From a virus (taxonomy: Duplodnaviria; Caudoviricetes): DNA of 64,000 bases. Under the pieces are notes generated by a model. It ran no database searches. It saw only the letters and a program-made list of their open reading frames with translations, and was not told the DNA's origin. Positions 12,839 to 23,889 of this stretch are shown here, piece after piece. How positions within the stretch are numbered: the first letter of the stretch is position 1; every line of letters begins with the position of its first letter. The stretch is from positions 1-64,000 of the IMG/VR virus record IMGVR_UViG_3300029288_000138, one strand, 5' to 3'. A program made the translations under genes and the position numbers.

Positions 12839-13117
12839 ATGTTAACGTTAAAACAGTTAAAAAATATGCCAGCAAATACTGTATTTGCTACGGGGGTTGC
12901 TAATGATACTCCTGATGGATTATATGCTAATGGAACAGGACAAGAGTTAAGGTGGGTTGCTGTTAGAGGGGACATTTACGATTGGACAATTTATTATCAT
13001 TTTTCCTATAATGATATAAATTGGATTAAACGAAATGGTGATAAACTCTTTGGTAAAGAACTCATAAAAAAATTAGTTGAATGTGATGATGAAGCATTCA
13101 GATTGTATAGATATTAA
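12839..13117 (+). CDS. Hypothetical protein
   Basis: 92 aa, GGAGG RBS. Confidence 0.65.
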   Translation: MLTLKQLKNMPANTVFATGVANDTPDGLYANGTGQELRWVAVRGDIYDWTIYYHFSYNDINWIKRNGDKLFGKELIKKLVECDDEAFRLYRY

Positions 13118-13136
13118 AATAAATGATTAGGAGTAT

Positions 13137-13634
13137 TTGATGATACCATATTTGATAATAACTCAACTCGAACTTACTCAAAAACCATTATATTACTGGG
13201 AAAACAATAATAAAGATGGAGAATATGCAAAGATTAGAAAAGAATTAAAAGAAGCAACTAGCTATCAATTTGACAGTAGTCATTTAATATTAACGGATAT
13301 TTATGGTAATCCATATTCAATAATAATATTTTTAAATAAAGATAAAACTGTATTTGAAATTAATATATGGAATTTTAATGGTAGTATAAGTATTCTAACT
13401 GTTAAAATAAATGTTACTGGAGACTATAAAGAATTCAAACTTAGTTTCGAAGATTATAACAAAATAATGAATAAAATAACAAAATTTTATACTGATGATA
13501 TTGTACCTTGCAATGAATGCGGAAAAGATATTAATTGGAAAACGGCTGCGGGTAGATATTTTGCAGGATTATTCTGTGAGAAATGCTGGGAATCTAAATG
13601 GAAAGCAATAGAAGCCAAAGAGACATATAATTAA
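13137..13634 (+). CDS. Hypothetical protein with C-terminal zinc finger
   Basis: CNECG...CEKC motifs. Confidence 0.6.
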   Translation: MMIPYLIITQLELTQKPLYYWENNNKDGEYAKIRKELKEATSYQFDSSHLILTDIYGNPYSIIIFLNKDKTVFEINIWNFNGSISILTVKINVTGDYKEFKLSFEDYNKIMNKITKFYTDDIVPCNECGKDINWKTAAGRYFAGLFCEKCWESKWKAIEAKETYN

Positions 13635-13654
13635 GGAAACCTATAGGAGTAAAA

Positions 13655-14092
13655 ATGAAAAATAATACAACTTTAAAGAAACAAACAATGTGGATTTTTG
13701 CTGAATATAAAACTGAACGTGATTACCCGCTTAAACCATATAGCATAAAATTTTTTAGTGATCATACAGAGTTAAAAGAATTCAGTAATAAACAAGCCAA
13801 GCAATCAAAATCATTGTACCCCGGCTATATCTCGATGTATTGGGATGTAGAAATATTAACTACAGTAGAAGAAAAAGAAAGGGTGAAGGGCACATTCGAG
13901 CCAACAAACCCAAAAAAATATAGCCAAGCAAAAAAATATATGGTGGGGGGTGCAGTTTGGCATTGCTTTGATTTATCAAGCTCGCGGGGTAGGCGTGAAT
14001 TAGCTTTATATAGAACTATCTGTAAAAATTGTGGAAGACCATATGGCGAGCATAGTGGTACGGATGGAAATAAATGCCCAGCTGGTGAATAA
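13655..14092 (+). CDS. Hypothetical protein
   Basis: 145 aa; CKNCG motif near the C-terminus. Confidence 0.6.
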   Translation: MKNNTTLKKQTMWIFAEYKTERDYPLKPYSIKFFSDHTELKEFSNKQAKQSKSLYPGYISMYWDVEILTTVEEKERVKGTFEPTNPKKYSQAKKYMVGGAVWHCFDLSSSRGRRELALYRTICKNCGRPYGEHSGTDGNKCPAGE

Positions 14093-14094
14093 AA

Positions 14095-14300
14095 TGTATA
14101 CAATAGGCTATGATGAATTAGAGAATTTGCCGGATTTGAAAGAACTTATACTTTGTCCTCATTGTCACAAGCAACACAACGTAATACATTGCAAAGATAA
14201 AGATGGTATTACTTCTGATATATCAGTATATAAATGTAAAAAGAAAACATATCTTGTTGGTATAAAAGGTAAAGATATAAGTAAAACTTTTAAAAAATAA
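14095..14300 (+). CDS. Small zinc-ribbon protein
   Basis: MYTIGYDE...CPHC; the real start is probably the ATG after the TAA of the previous gene rather than 14031. Confidence 0.5.
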
Positions 14301-14314
14301 ATAAATGAGGAAAA

Positions 14315-14479
14315 ATGGAAGATAGTAAAATAGTTTCAATAACAGTAGAACTAAAAGATGATGATAATATGACTACTACTTTCTGAAATGATACTCCATA
14401 TAGAATACCAGTTGAATACAAAATAGATAGTTTTGGTAAATTAAATGGCAAGATAGTAGCCGTTGATTACGGTTCATAG
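14315..14479 (+). CDS. Small hypothetical protein (one in-frame TGA)
   Basis: ATG after GAGG RBS, one TGA, ends TAG. Confidence 0.45.
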
Positions 14480-14586
14480 ATAAAGTAAATAAAAAAACTA
14501 AAAAAATAATATTTTTTTCTCACTTATATATTTATTATTGTATAAATAAATTCTATACAATAACTATCAACAAAGGAGAATAAAAA

Positions 14587-15778
14587 ATGGGATTTCTTGA
14601 TCCGAGTACTCAGGTTATCGATGCGGTATGAGAATGCCCTTTTTATCAGTAATGGTGAAAATGCATTGGGCAAAAACGGTGAAGGCTGAAATGCTAATAC
14701 CGTGCTAATTTATTCTGGAAAGATGAATAAACAGTGTAGAGAGCAGGAAGTGAGTTCTAACGATAATCTTCCCACGAGTGTCCGACAACCAGCATATTTA
14801 GAGTTGGTTGAAAATGTGCTCCGACCTATAGAGAAACAAATCTATAGAATTTGAGAATAAAGCGTCTCAAAGATAACATAAGTGACTCACGAAAAAAGGT
14901 AAATCTTTGCCTCGCGCCTAAGTAATTAGGCGATTGTAAATCGACCAAAAACGGTGAAGGCTGAAATGTTAATACCGTGTCAATTTATTCAGGGCTTTGA
15001 TTGAATAAACGATGTAGAGCATAGGAAATGAGCCCCAAGCAATAATTTTCCCAAGAGTGGCCGAGACCCAAATATATATTGGGCCAAAATATATGCCGAA
15101 CTTATAGGAATATAAACTATAAGAAACAGAAGATAAAAAGCTTTTGTGATAACAAATTTGAGAGAGCTGCTCAGTAAAGGTGAGCAATCATTTAAAATTA
15201 CTAAATTTGCCCTATCTGACGAGGGGGTAGATTATAGAATGTATAATCCGGATCATCCGTCTGGTTCAGCATATTACGGTGAAGAAATTGCAAATATGCC
15301 TTTATTAGAAGCTATTACAGATGAAACACAAGTAATGAGATGAAAAATTATTACTTTACCTAAAGGTACTTCTAGAATGCCAACAATATCAGTTTCTCCG
15401 CGTTCATTGACATTGAATTATGGAGAAACTTCAACTATTACCCCTAATACAAAAACATACGTTGCTGGATTTAATAATGCAAAATACGGATATACTTGTA
15501 TTCTTGCAAATGCTGATGTTGCAAGATTAGAAGTTGACAAGTTAGCATCTAGTCAAAATTCTTTAGGAACTGTTCCATCTTGAATGGATGATTCTAGTTT
15601 AAGAAAATCAGCAACTGCAGTTGGAATGACATTCTTAGTGACAGCTAAAGATGTAACTGCTTTAGCCGGTGCTGATAGAACTACTACTATAACAGTTATT
15701 GGTAATGAAACTGGTGGGCAATCTGAACTGACTTTGACTGTATATCCTATAACTGGTAGTTTGTCTAGGGTTAGTTAG
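14587..15778 (+). CDS. Conserved large-phage virion protein split by two group I introns (exons 14587-14627, 14885-14900, 15161-15778; 224 aa, TGA=Trp)
   Basis: Joined exons read MGFLDPSTQVIDAV-LTKKG-RELLSKGEQSFKITKFALSDEGVDY...HPSGSAYYG; the spliced length of 675 nt keeps frame; TGA at 15341 and 15581 are read through. Confidence 0.85.
14628..14884 (+). mobile_element. Group I intron 1 (257 nt, no ORF)
   Basis: Exon ends in U with P1 GGT/GCC; P4 ACGGTG/TACCGT; R GTAGAGAGC; S AAAATGTGCTCC; terminal G at 14884. Confidence 0.85.
14901..15160 (+). mobile_element. Group I intron 2 (260 nt, no ORF)
   Basis: P1 AGGT/GCCT; P4-P6 core almost identical to intron 1; R GTAGAGCATA; S AAAATATATGCC; terminal G at 15160. 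Confidence 0.85.
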
Positions 15779-15815
15779 TATAACGTAAAAAAAATATAAA
15801 TTTGGAGAATAAGAA

Positions 15816-16994
15816 ATGGCCATAAAATCATTAACTAGTGCAGTTCAGGGGGCAATTAACGAAGCCGGAACATTAACTGCTGGAAAGTTATTAACTATTT
15901 TAAATAGTACTTTGCCAAATGATAGGGAAGTGGCTGTAGTAGATAAAACAACAGCAAGGGGTAATACAACTTCACAATTAGCAAAAGTATACTCAGCATT
16001 AGATTATAGTAAAGATATAGTTATATCAGAACAAGTTGTAACTGAAGGGTTGTTCCCCGCAGGTGCTGGTACTATGTTATCGGGCTCATTTTTTAGTTCA
16101 TCATTACAAAATGCTAGTTCTTCATTATATTATACTACTGTTATGGATGGTGATACAACAGCATCAAATGCAGTATTTGATATTGCATATACCTCATTGG
16201 ACAGTTTGGTATCATCTTCTCAAACTCTATATCGACAATTAGCAAATGTATTGTTAACAGCAAATGATGATTATTTTACATTTAATACTGGTATAGATGT
16301 TCGTAGTTTGATTGTAGTAAGTCTGAAACGAGCTAGATACAATGAAAGATTAGATCAAGGCAATTGGATGCTTAGAATGTTCAGCGCATCATCAACAATG
16401 TCATTTACAGATGATTCAACAAATACAGTGGCGGCTAAAACATCTGTTGGAGATAGACTGTACATAGTAAGTGGATCAATTGGAACAGTAGTTGGAACAA
16501 ATAAGTGGGGATTTTGTTACCCTGATTTAGGACTGTTAGTATTTGACGGGGATCAATTTGCTACAAGTTGTAGTTACTCTGCATCATTAGATTTTATGCG
16601 TAACATGGAATACTTTCAAGCTAGAAATGAAACTAGATTAAAAGACATAAATTACTTTGTAAGAGTATATAACAAAGATTATAATTATTCAAATAACCCT
16701 ACTTTTTATACTGGTAGTACAGGTAAATATATGTTTAGTGAATTTATAAAGGATCCACATATATTTATAACAACTGTTGGTTTATATAATGATGCCAATG
16801 AATTGTTAGCGGTTGCAAGATTAAGCAAACCAGTTGAAAAGACTTTTGAAAAAGAAGCGATTTTCAGATGCAGATTATCGTTTGGAATTGCCCCAATATT
16901 TCTAATTCCAATATACTATAGTATAATGAATTCTATTTTATTCCACTCGAATTTTATTACTAGTATCATAAATTGAATTAAATCTATATTTTAA
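15816..16994 (+). CDS. Virion tail/baseplate-associated protein (392 aa)
   Basis: C-terminal FITTVGLYNDANELLAVARLSKP motif of the tail-collar-like family; TGA 16974 is read through to TAA 16992. Confidence 0.7.
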
Positions 16995-18017
16995 ATGTTT
17001 ATTTGCAAAATTTGTGAAATTGAATTTAAAAGATTTAATTCCAACCATGTAAAATTTAAGCATAATTTATCTACTGACGAATATATTAAATTATATCCAG
17101 AAAATTTTTTTCAACCGTGTTTATTTTGCGGGAAACAAATTCATAAATCAAAAAGATTTTGTAGTAGAGCATGTGTAACTAGATGGAACGTTATGCAACA
17201 ACTAAAAAATGGTACACACGTTTCTATAAAATACGATTTTAGTGGTAAAAATAACCCAATGTATGGTAAGTTTCATACTGAAGAAACCAAAAAAATAATA
17301 TCAATTAAATGCGGTCGTCCGTCTAAATATAAAGGATTAACATTAGAAGAAAAATATGGGGAGCGGTGACCTGAAATAAGAAAAAAAATGTCGATTAGTC
17401 ATAAAGGCAAACCTGGTTATAAGGGAGATTTAAATCCTGCAAAAAGGCAGGATGTAAGAGAAAAAATGAGTTTAGCTAGGCGCGGTGTTAAACATCCATG
17501 ATTCGCAGGAAGTCTCAATCCAGCTTGCAGGCAAGAAGTTAGAGAAAAAATTAGTTCTTCTAAACTGGGAAGTAAGGTGTCAGATGAAACTAAGAAAAAA
17601 ATAAGCAATACTATTCGAATGCAGTATATTAATGGTACTAGAAATTTAGGTTGAAGTAAAACTAAAACAGAACAACGATTTGAACAATTACTAATTAATA
17701 ATAGTATTAAATATATCTATCAATGATTTATCCCGTGTGTAATTAATAATAAAAGTACAGTTAAATTTTTTGACTTCAAAGTTGAAGATAAAAACATATT
17801 GTTTGAAATAGATGGTGATTACTGGCATTGCAATACTAGTATTGGGATATGACCAAAAAAAGAATATCAGATAAAAAATATTGAAAATGATAGATTCAAA
17901 GAAAATTTATCAAAATCTAATGGATATAAGTTATATAGATTTTGACAATATGATATATGAAATAAAGAAAATGAAGTAGAACGAAAATTATTAGATATAC
18001 TAGAAATTGAGAAGTAG
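16995..18017 (+). CDS. Free-standing homing-type endonuclease: zinc finger, NUMOD3 repeats and DUF559/Vsr-like PD-(D/E)xK domain (340 aa, TGA=Trp)
   Basis: GKNNPMYGKFHTEETKKII NUMOD3 motif; FDF...FEIDGDYWH...RF-W-QYDI; several TGA in one frame; ends TAG. Confidence 0.8.
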
Positions 18018-18023
18018 TAACAA

Positions 18024-18764
18024 ATGTTCAAAAATATAAACAAAGGCGATTCTTCAGTCAAAAGAATTGAAGTATTCGCCGACAATTCTTTATTGGGAAA
18101 TTCAACTGGAGTTTCAAATAAAACAGGATTATCTGGTTCATTAAATTACATATCAGCATCAAATTGACTTTGGGCGTATTCAACTTTTTATAATACAGAG
18201 ACAATATTAAATAGTTATAAATCTCATTTTTATCAAACAAAAAATCTAAATACTACATGTAGCATAATATCAGTATCACCTGCTAATTTTGGCCATAAAA
18301 TAAAACCTGGCACATTTTATCTAGAAACAGCTGGAGTTGTATTGAGAGATGATGCATCTGGTAATTTATATGATACTGATTCTGGTTCTAGTTATGTAAA
18401 AGGCAATGTATTTTACGGCCATGGTATATCAGTACTAACAGATGAATCACCGCAATATCAAAATTTTAGTGATGCCTCTGTTATTAAATTCAAAGGTTCT
18501 CAATATATATATGAGCATACTTATATTTGCAGAGTTTCAGCTGGGGAAATGAATTCAACAACGAACCCGTCATATGTATATGGTAAAGATTCTTCTAGTA
18601 CTCACCCTGGTAATGAGGTTAGAAATGTAAATTGCCCGGCATTTATTACTACAATTGGATTGTATGATAATGAAAATAGGTTAATGGCAGTCGGGAAATT
18701 TGCTAAACCAATATATAAAACTGCAGTAATGGATATGTCATTAATTGTTAAATTTGATTTATAA
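18024..18764 (+). CDS. Virion protein, paralog of 15816 (246 aa, TGA=Trp)
   Basis: FITTIGLYDNENRLMAVGKFAKPI C-terminus; one TGA joins the N-terminal part. Confidence 0.7.
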
Positions 18765-18779
18765 AATAGTGAGGAAGTA

Positions 18780-19295
18780 TTGCTATCATTAGGACTTGAT
18801 ATTTCAACAAGTAGAACTGGTTATTCAATAATTGAAAATAAAAAAATACTAGACTTCGGCTATATAGATTCGTCAAAAGAAGAAGATATATATTCTAAAG
18901 CAAAATTCGTTATAGATAAATTAAATCAATTAATTTCTAACTGATCTATAGATAAAATAAATATCGAAGATAATTTACAAGCATTTTCTATAGGCAGAAC
19001 ATCTGCAAATATAATCATCAAATTGGCTAAGATAAATGCTATAGTTTCATTTCATTTGTATTCAAATGGTTATGAAGTAATTCATATAAATCCTTCAGCA
19101 GCAAGAAAAAAAGTCTTTGGTATTATCAAAAAAGATTTTAAATTACAGTTCAAAGATAACAAACGATGAATTGTTTATTTATTATTAAAAATGTATGGTA
19201 AAGACTTATATCAAAAGTTGCCAAAAAATCGAAAAGGATTTTTATCAAAAAATAGTTATGATATATGTGATTCAATAGTTGTTGGATTGTATTAA
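18780..19295 (+). CDS. ruvC: RuvC-like Holliday junction resolvase (171 aa, TGA=Trp)
   Basis: LGLDISTSRTGY, NIED, and terminal DICDSIVV acidic motifs; two TGA; missed by the ORF track. Confidence 0.75.
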
Positions 19296-19321
19296 CTTCT
19301 ACGCAACAAAGGAGTAACAAA

Positions 19322-19717
19322 ATGGAAAAATTAAAATTACCGTTGGAATCAAGTAATATACTAGTACAATGGGCTAATTCAATAAGAGCATTTTATGGTC
19401 ATCCAGTGTATTTAGTCGGAAGCCATCTTAAAAATGTTAGTAATCCTAGAGATGTTGATATAATTTGTATTATACCAAATGAAGAATTTGATTTAAGATA
19501 TGGTAGCACAGCTAAGTGATTTTATGAGGGTGAATCTGGAATTTATACTGATATTAGTTGGAATTGATCTGATGACTGTATTAAAAAAACATTACTGGGA
19601 TGTAAGAAAACTGGAATGTGTATTGATTTTAAAGTATACCCAGAAATATTTGCTAAATTATTTGATGCTGTAAATTATCCAAAGATTAAAATAGATACTA
19701 GAAAAGATAACGGTTAA
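19322..19717 (+). CDS. Pol-beta-superfamily nucleotidyltransferase-like protein (131 aa, TGA=Trp)
   Basis: YLVGS...RDVDI motif; two TGA; ends TAA. Confidence 0.55.
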
Positions 19718-19816
19718 TGGTATGTAAATAATATATATTTCTCTTGTTTTCTATTTAATTTTATATTAAATTATAGTGTTATTTAAAATTAAAGAACAAA
19801 AACAAAGGGGCTAAAA

Positions 19817-20047
19817 ATGAAAGTATCAATTAAACACAAGCAGACTTTAACCGCTGATTTGCCGAATGGGACTGAAGTTGTATCAAATACACACGGTTGG
19901 GTAACTTGGTTGCATAAAGGTAAATACATTATACATATATGTACATGTCGTGTAAAAGACTTTGAATGCCAAAATAATACATTTGAAATAAGACTGTTCC
20001 CATCAGAAGCAATTGCTATAGCAAAAAGTTTGCTCAATTTTAAGTAA
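19817..20047 (+). CDS. Hypothetical protein
   Basis: First gene after the early promoter at 19744. Confidence 0.6.
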   Translation: MKVSIKHKQTLTADLPNGTEVVSNTHGWVTWLHKGKYIIHICTCRVKDFECQNNTFEIRLFPSEAIAIAKSLLNFK

Positions 20048-20060
20048 CTAATATTTTACA

Positions 20061-20453
20061 ATGATACTAAATAAAGAACTTTTGAAAGAAAAAATATCAG
20101 TTCTTAATACTATAATAGTGTGGGAGTGGATTTCAAAAAAACCGGACGGAACAGAAAAGGATGATTATTTCAGTAATATTAATCTACAAAAAGTACCACC
20201 ATTTCTTTGTTATTTGTGCGAATATAAAATTAATATAACTAAAAATACGTGTCCGGTATTCGGAATTTGTTCATTAGAACATAATTGTATTGTAGTTCCA
20301 TCTGTATATAAAAATTGGATTATAAATAAAACTAATAAAACTGCTAATATTGTTTATATAGAATTAAAAAAATTCTACGAACAAAAATATAATGAACACT
20401 TACCAAAAAATATTAACTGGTTAGTAAAAAAATATCATAGGATGGTAAGATAA
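20061..20453 (+). CDS. Cys-rich hypothetical protein (paralog of 11675)
   Basis: WEW...PDGT...CYLCEY...CPVFGIC. Confidence 0.65.
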   Translation: MILNKELLKEKISVLNTIIVWEWISKKPDGTEKDDYFSNINLQKVPPFLCYLCEYKINITKNTCPVFGICSLEHNCIVVPSVYKNWIINKTNKTANIVYIELKKFYEQKYNEHLPKNINWLVKKYHRMVR

Positions 20454-20455
20454 AA

Positions 20456-21196
20456 ATGAAAATAGTAGGAATCGGCGATATACACGGAATGGATATTTGG
20501 AAAAAAATTGTTAAGAAAGAATCTAAAGCTGATAAATTTATATTTTTAGGTGATTATTTTGATACTTATCTAGATATATGGCCAATCGATCAATTAAAAA
20601 ACTTTGAAGAAATAGTTAAGTTTAAAACCGAAAATAATAATAAAGCGGAATTGCTGTTTGGTAATCATGATTTTCATTATTTACCGTGGATTAATGAACA
20701 CTATAGTGGGTTTCAATCTGAAATGGCATTTAGTTTTTCTGAAAAATTAGTACCTGTATTTAACGAGGGATTACTGAAAATATGCTTTAAATATGATGAT
20801 TATCTATTCAGTCATGCAGGATTTACAAAAACATGGTGTAATTATGCTATAAGAAAAGATAGCATTGATGATAGTAATGATATAGAAGCAATCAATAAAT
20901 TATTAATAGAACAGCCTGCAGTTTTTAAATTTAGATATGGCGTTCGTGGAGATTGGTATGGGGATGATATAACACAAGGGCCATTATGGGTTAGACCGAG
21001 AAGTTTAGGTGGGAATTCAATTGACGGATACCATCAAGTAATTGGGCATACTATACAAGAACATATTCGATTAGGATTTTCAAAACATGTTTTTATTGAT
21101 GCACTTTTAGCCGGGGAATACTTAGTTATAGAAGATATCGATAATACAAGTGTTATTAAAATTGGAATATTAAAAGATAAAGAAGGGAATGTATAA
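20456..21196 (+). CDS. Calcineurin-like metallophosphoesterase
   Basis: GDIHG, GDYFD, GNHD, SHAG, GHT motifs. Confidence 0.9.
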   Translation: MKIVGIGDIHGMDIWKKIVKKESKADKFIFLGDYFDTYLDIWPIDQLKNFEEIVKFKTENNNKAELLFGNHDFHYLPWINEHYSGFQSEMAFSFSEKLVPVFNEGLLKICFKYDDYLFSHAGFTKTWCNYAIRKDSIDDSNDIEAINKLLIEQPAVFKFRYGVRGDWYGDDITQGPLWVRPRSLGGNSIDGYHQVIGHTIQEHIRLGFSKHVFIDALLAGEYLVIEDIDNTSVIKIGILKDKEGNV

Positions 21197-21309
21197 ATGA
21201 AAAAAATTATCATACTGTAAGTTTAAAAATAATTCTTGTTTTCTATTCATTTTTATATTAAATTATAATGTTATTTGAGTTATTTAAGATATAATGAAAG
21301 GAACAACAA

Positions 21310-21463
21310 AATGCCATTAAAAAAATTCCCAATATTCTGGGACGATTTAACAGTAGACACACAAAGACGAATGTGTGAAGCACTCAATACTGATGAGGAC
21401 TACGAGTCTGATAACAGTCAATTAGACCCGTTATTTATTATAGAAAGAGAAACAAATGACTAG
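21310..21463 (+). CDS. Small acidic hypothetical protein
   Basis: MPLKKFPIFWDDL... after RBS; overlaps the RNA ligase start; exact start approximate. Confidence 0.45.
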
Positions 21464-22553
21464 GCAATTAGCAACGACACAAAAAGTAATTTCTTTAGAA
21501 CCAATTCCAGGTGCTGATAAAATAGAAGTAGCAACTATTTTAGGTTGGCATCTAGTGGTATTAAAAAATGAATTCAAAGTTGGTGAATTATGTGTATATT
21601 GTGAAGTCGATTCACTTTTACCTATAAAACCAGAATTTGAATTTTTAAGAAAATCTTGTTATTTGCCATCATGGAATGGATTTAGAATTCGTACGATACG
21701 ACTGAGGGGGCAAGTATCGCAAGGCATTGCATTTCCATTAAGTATTTTGCCAAACAAAAAATGGAAAGAAAATGATGATGTTACTGATGTTCTTGGTATC
21801 ATAAAATATGATCCTCAGGCTCGAGAAGAAGAGAAGTTATTAAATAGACGAAAACACAATGCCTTTCATAAATTTCTGATGTCATTTAGATTTATTAGAT
21901 ATATCTACAAGAAATTTGGTGGAAAAAAAACATCATCTTGGCCCGGATTTATTAGCAAAACTGATGAGGAATGTGTACAAAAACTTGGTGAATTGATGCC
22001 AAAATTAGTTGGGAAAAAATTGTATTATTCGGAAAAACTAGATGGGCAATCCGGTACGTATGCTTATTATAAGAGAAAATTTTATGTTTGTTCAAGAAAT
22101 ATATGGCTAAGTATTAAAAATGATAGTAATTATTGGAAAATATCCGATAAATATAATATATTAAGTATTCTTAAAAATGAATATAAACAGAATACTTTGA
22201 ACTTAGGAATACAAGGAGAAATTGTAGGACCGGGAATACAAGGAAATAAATATGAATTACCAGAAATTGATTTATTCGTATTTAATATATATGATATAAA
22301 CCAACAAACTTATTTTAATGAATTAGAAATAGAATTGTTTTGTAAGAAATACGGACTAAAAATGGTTCCAGTACTTGGATTTTTTATGCTTGATAATATC
22401 CCAATTACTGATTATTTCGTTGAATTATCCAGAGGTAAATCTATTTTAGATTTGGCTATTCTGAGAGAAGGAATTGTAATTAGGACTACTGCAGATAAAT
22501 CAATATCATTTAAAGCAATTAATCCTGATTTCTTAGAAAAATATAAAGAATAA
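21456..22553 (+). CDS. RNA ligase (Rnl2-like, DRB0094 type, with N-terminal OB fold)
   Basis: IPGADKIE, RLRGQVSQG, SEKLDG, QGEIVGPGIQGN, REGIV, FKAIN motifs. Confidence 0.9.
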   Translation: MTRQLATTQKVISLEPIPGADKIEVATILGWHLVVLKNEFKVGELCVYCEVDSLLPIKPEFEFLRKSCYLPSWNGFRIRTIRLRGQVSQGIAFPLSILPNKKWKENDDVTDVLGIIKYDPQAREEEKLLNRRKHNAFHKFLMSFRFIRYIYKKFGGKKTSSWPGFISKTDEECVQKLGELMPKLVGKKLYYSEKLDGQSGTYAYYKRKFYVCSRNIWLSIKNDSNYWKISDKYNILSILKNEYKQNTLNLGIQGEIVGPGIQGNKYELPEIDLFVFNIYDINQQTYFNELEIELFCKKYGLKMVPVLGFFMLDNIPITDYFVELSRGKSILDLAILREGIVIRTTADKSISFKAINPDFLEKYKE

Positions 22554-22565
22554 AGGAGAATTAAA

Positions 22566-22910
22566 ATGAGAGATAAAACAAGAAACGAAATTGAGGAAAT
22601 GATTGAAAGTTATATAGAAGATCATATCAACGCAAAACACCGTCAAAATCCAATTGGATGTGTGTATATGGGGGTAATCCGAAAGCTATTTTGGTCCGAT
22701 TCTTATTGTCACCCGCAAGATGAACGAGTAACCACAAAGCAATGGGTTGATTTTTATAAAAAAGATGATGAGGCCAATGGATATATTAAAATCAATGGGG
22801 TGTGGTTCAGAAAAGAAGATGTTATTATATATGAAACCTATTATGAAACCCAATATCAAGAAAAACGTAAAAAAATCGAAAAAAGATTATCTATGCCAAG
22901 CAAAGATTAA
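22566..22910 (+). CDS. Hypothetical protein
   Basis: 114 aa with RBS. Confidence 0.55.
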   Translation: MRDKTRNEIEEMIESYIEDHINAKHRQNPIGCVYMGVIRKLFWSDSYCHPQDERVTTKQWVDFYKKDDEANGYIKINGVWFRKEDVIIYETYYETQYQEKRKKIEKRLSMPSKD

Positions 22911-22947
22911 AGAAATAATGAAACATCAATAAAGAATAAAAGGAGAA

Positions 22948-23349
22948 ATGATGAACGCAGATTTAATTATTTATTGTATTTGTATTATTTTAGCAGGATG
23001 GGTCTTTTGGGGACTGGGATATAATGCGGGTAAAAATTCCCAGCCGATAATTGCAACAGCTGAAAAACAAGAATGTGTTCATTCAGCTGTTTCTGCTTTA
23101 ACACCCGAAATATTTAGTGGATATAAAGATGGTGATTATATTGTTTGTTATCCCGATATGGGAAATGGACATAGAATGACATTAAACGAAGAAATCATCA
23201 AAACGATTACAGAAAAACTAATGGTAGACGCAGAATGCTTGATTAATGCGGATGGTGTTGATGAAGAAGATAGAATTTTAGGCAGAATAGAAGCAGAAAC
23301 CAATATAATTAGGTTTTTAAAACGAAATCTTGGAAATGAGCCGGTATAA
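22948..23349 (+). CDS. Hypothetical protein with N-terminal transmembrane segment
   Basis: Hydrophobic LIIYCICIILAGWVFWGLG. Confidence 0.55.
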   Translation: MMNADLIIYCICIILAGWVFWGLGYNAGKNSQPIIATAEKQECVHSAVSALTPEIFSGYKDGDYIVCYPDMGNGHRMTLNEEIIKTITEKLMVDAECLINADGVDEEDRILGRIEAETNIIRFLKRNLGNEPV

Positions 23350-23460
23350 CGTCGTCGGTTATACCCCATCAATACACAATTTATTTCTTGTTTATATACA
23401 ATGTATTCATTAAATTATATAGTTATTTAAAATTAAAGAACAAAAACAAAGGAGTTAAAA

Positions 23461-23778
23461 ATGGTTACTCTTCGATTTAAGTCATTTGTTACCAATCCAG
23501 AAAATGGTCAAGGTACGGGCTTAACAGACAAACCTAAAACAAAAGGTCTACGAACAACATTAGTTAGTGTTGAGGTTGAAACTGCCAATGGTGTTATAGT
23601 TTTATGCGGGGCATCAAAGCAATCAGCAAAAGATCATGATAAACGAGCACTTGGTCAAAAGTATGCTTTATCAAATGCGTTGAAGCACGACACAGACCTG
23701 ACATACGATGAACGTAAATTGGTTTGGATTGCTTTCTTCAAATTTTCCAGAAAAACAGCAGCATTATGTAAAAAATAA
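23461..23778 (+). CDS. Hypothetical protein
   Basis: First gene after the early promoter at 23388. Confidence 0.6.
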   Translation: MVTLRFKSFVTNPENGQGTGLTDKPKTKGLRTTLVSVEVETANGVIVLCGASKQSAKDHDKRALGQKYALSNALKHDTDLTYDERKLVWIAFFKFSRKTAALCKK

Positions 23779-23783
23779 ATGAA

Positions 23784-23861
23784 AGCGCCTCAATGGTCTA
23801 ATCAGGTAGGGCGGAGGATTGCAAATCCTTAGATATAGGTTCAAATCCTTTTTGGGGCTCA
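23784..23861 (+). tRNA. trnC: tRNA-Cys(GCA), imperfect acceptor stem
   Basis: Arm GAGGA-TTGCAAA-TCCTT; T arm TAGG-TTCAAAT-CCT. Confidence 0.7.
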
Positions 23862-23889
23862 TTTAAAAGTTACAAGGAAAGGTGTAGGA

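Noticed and set aside
14969-15187. Intron-encoded homing endonuclease in the twin introns
   Set aside because: Both introns are about 260 nt, fully accounted for by ribozyme core elements; the minus-strand ORF is spurious.
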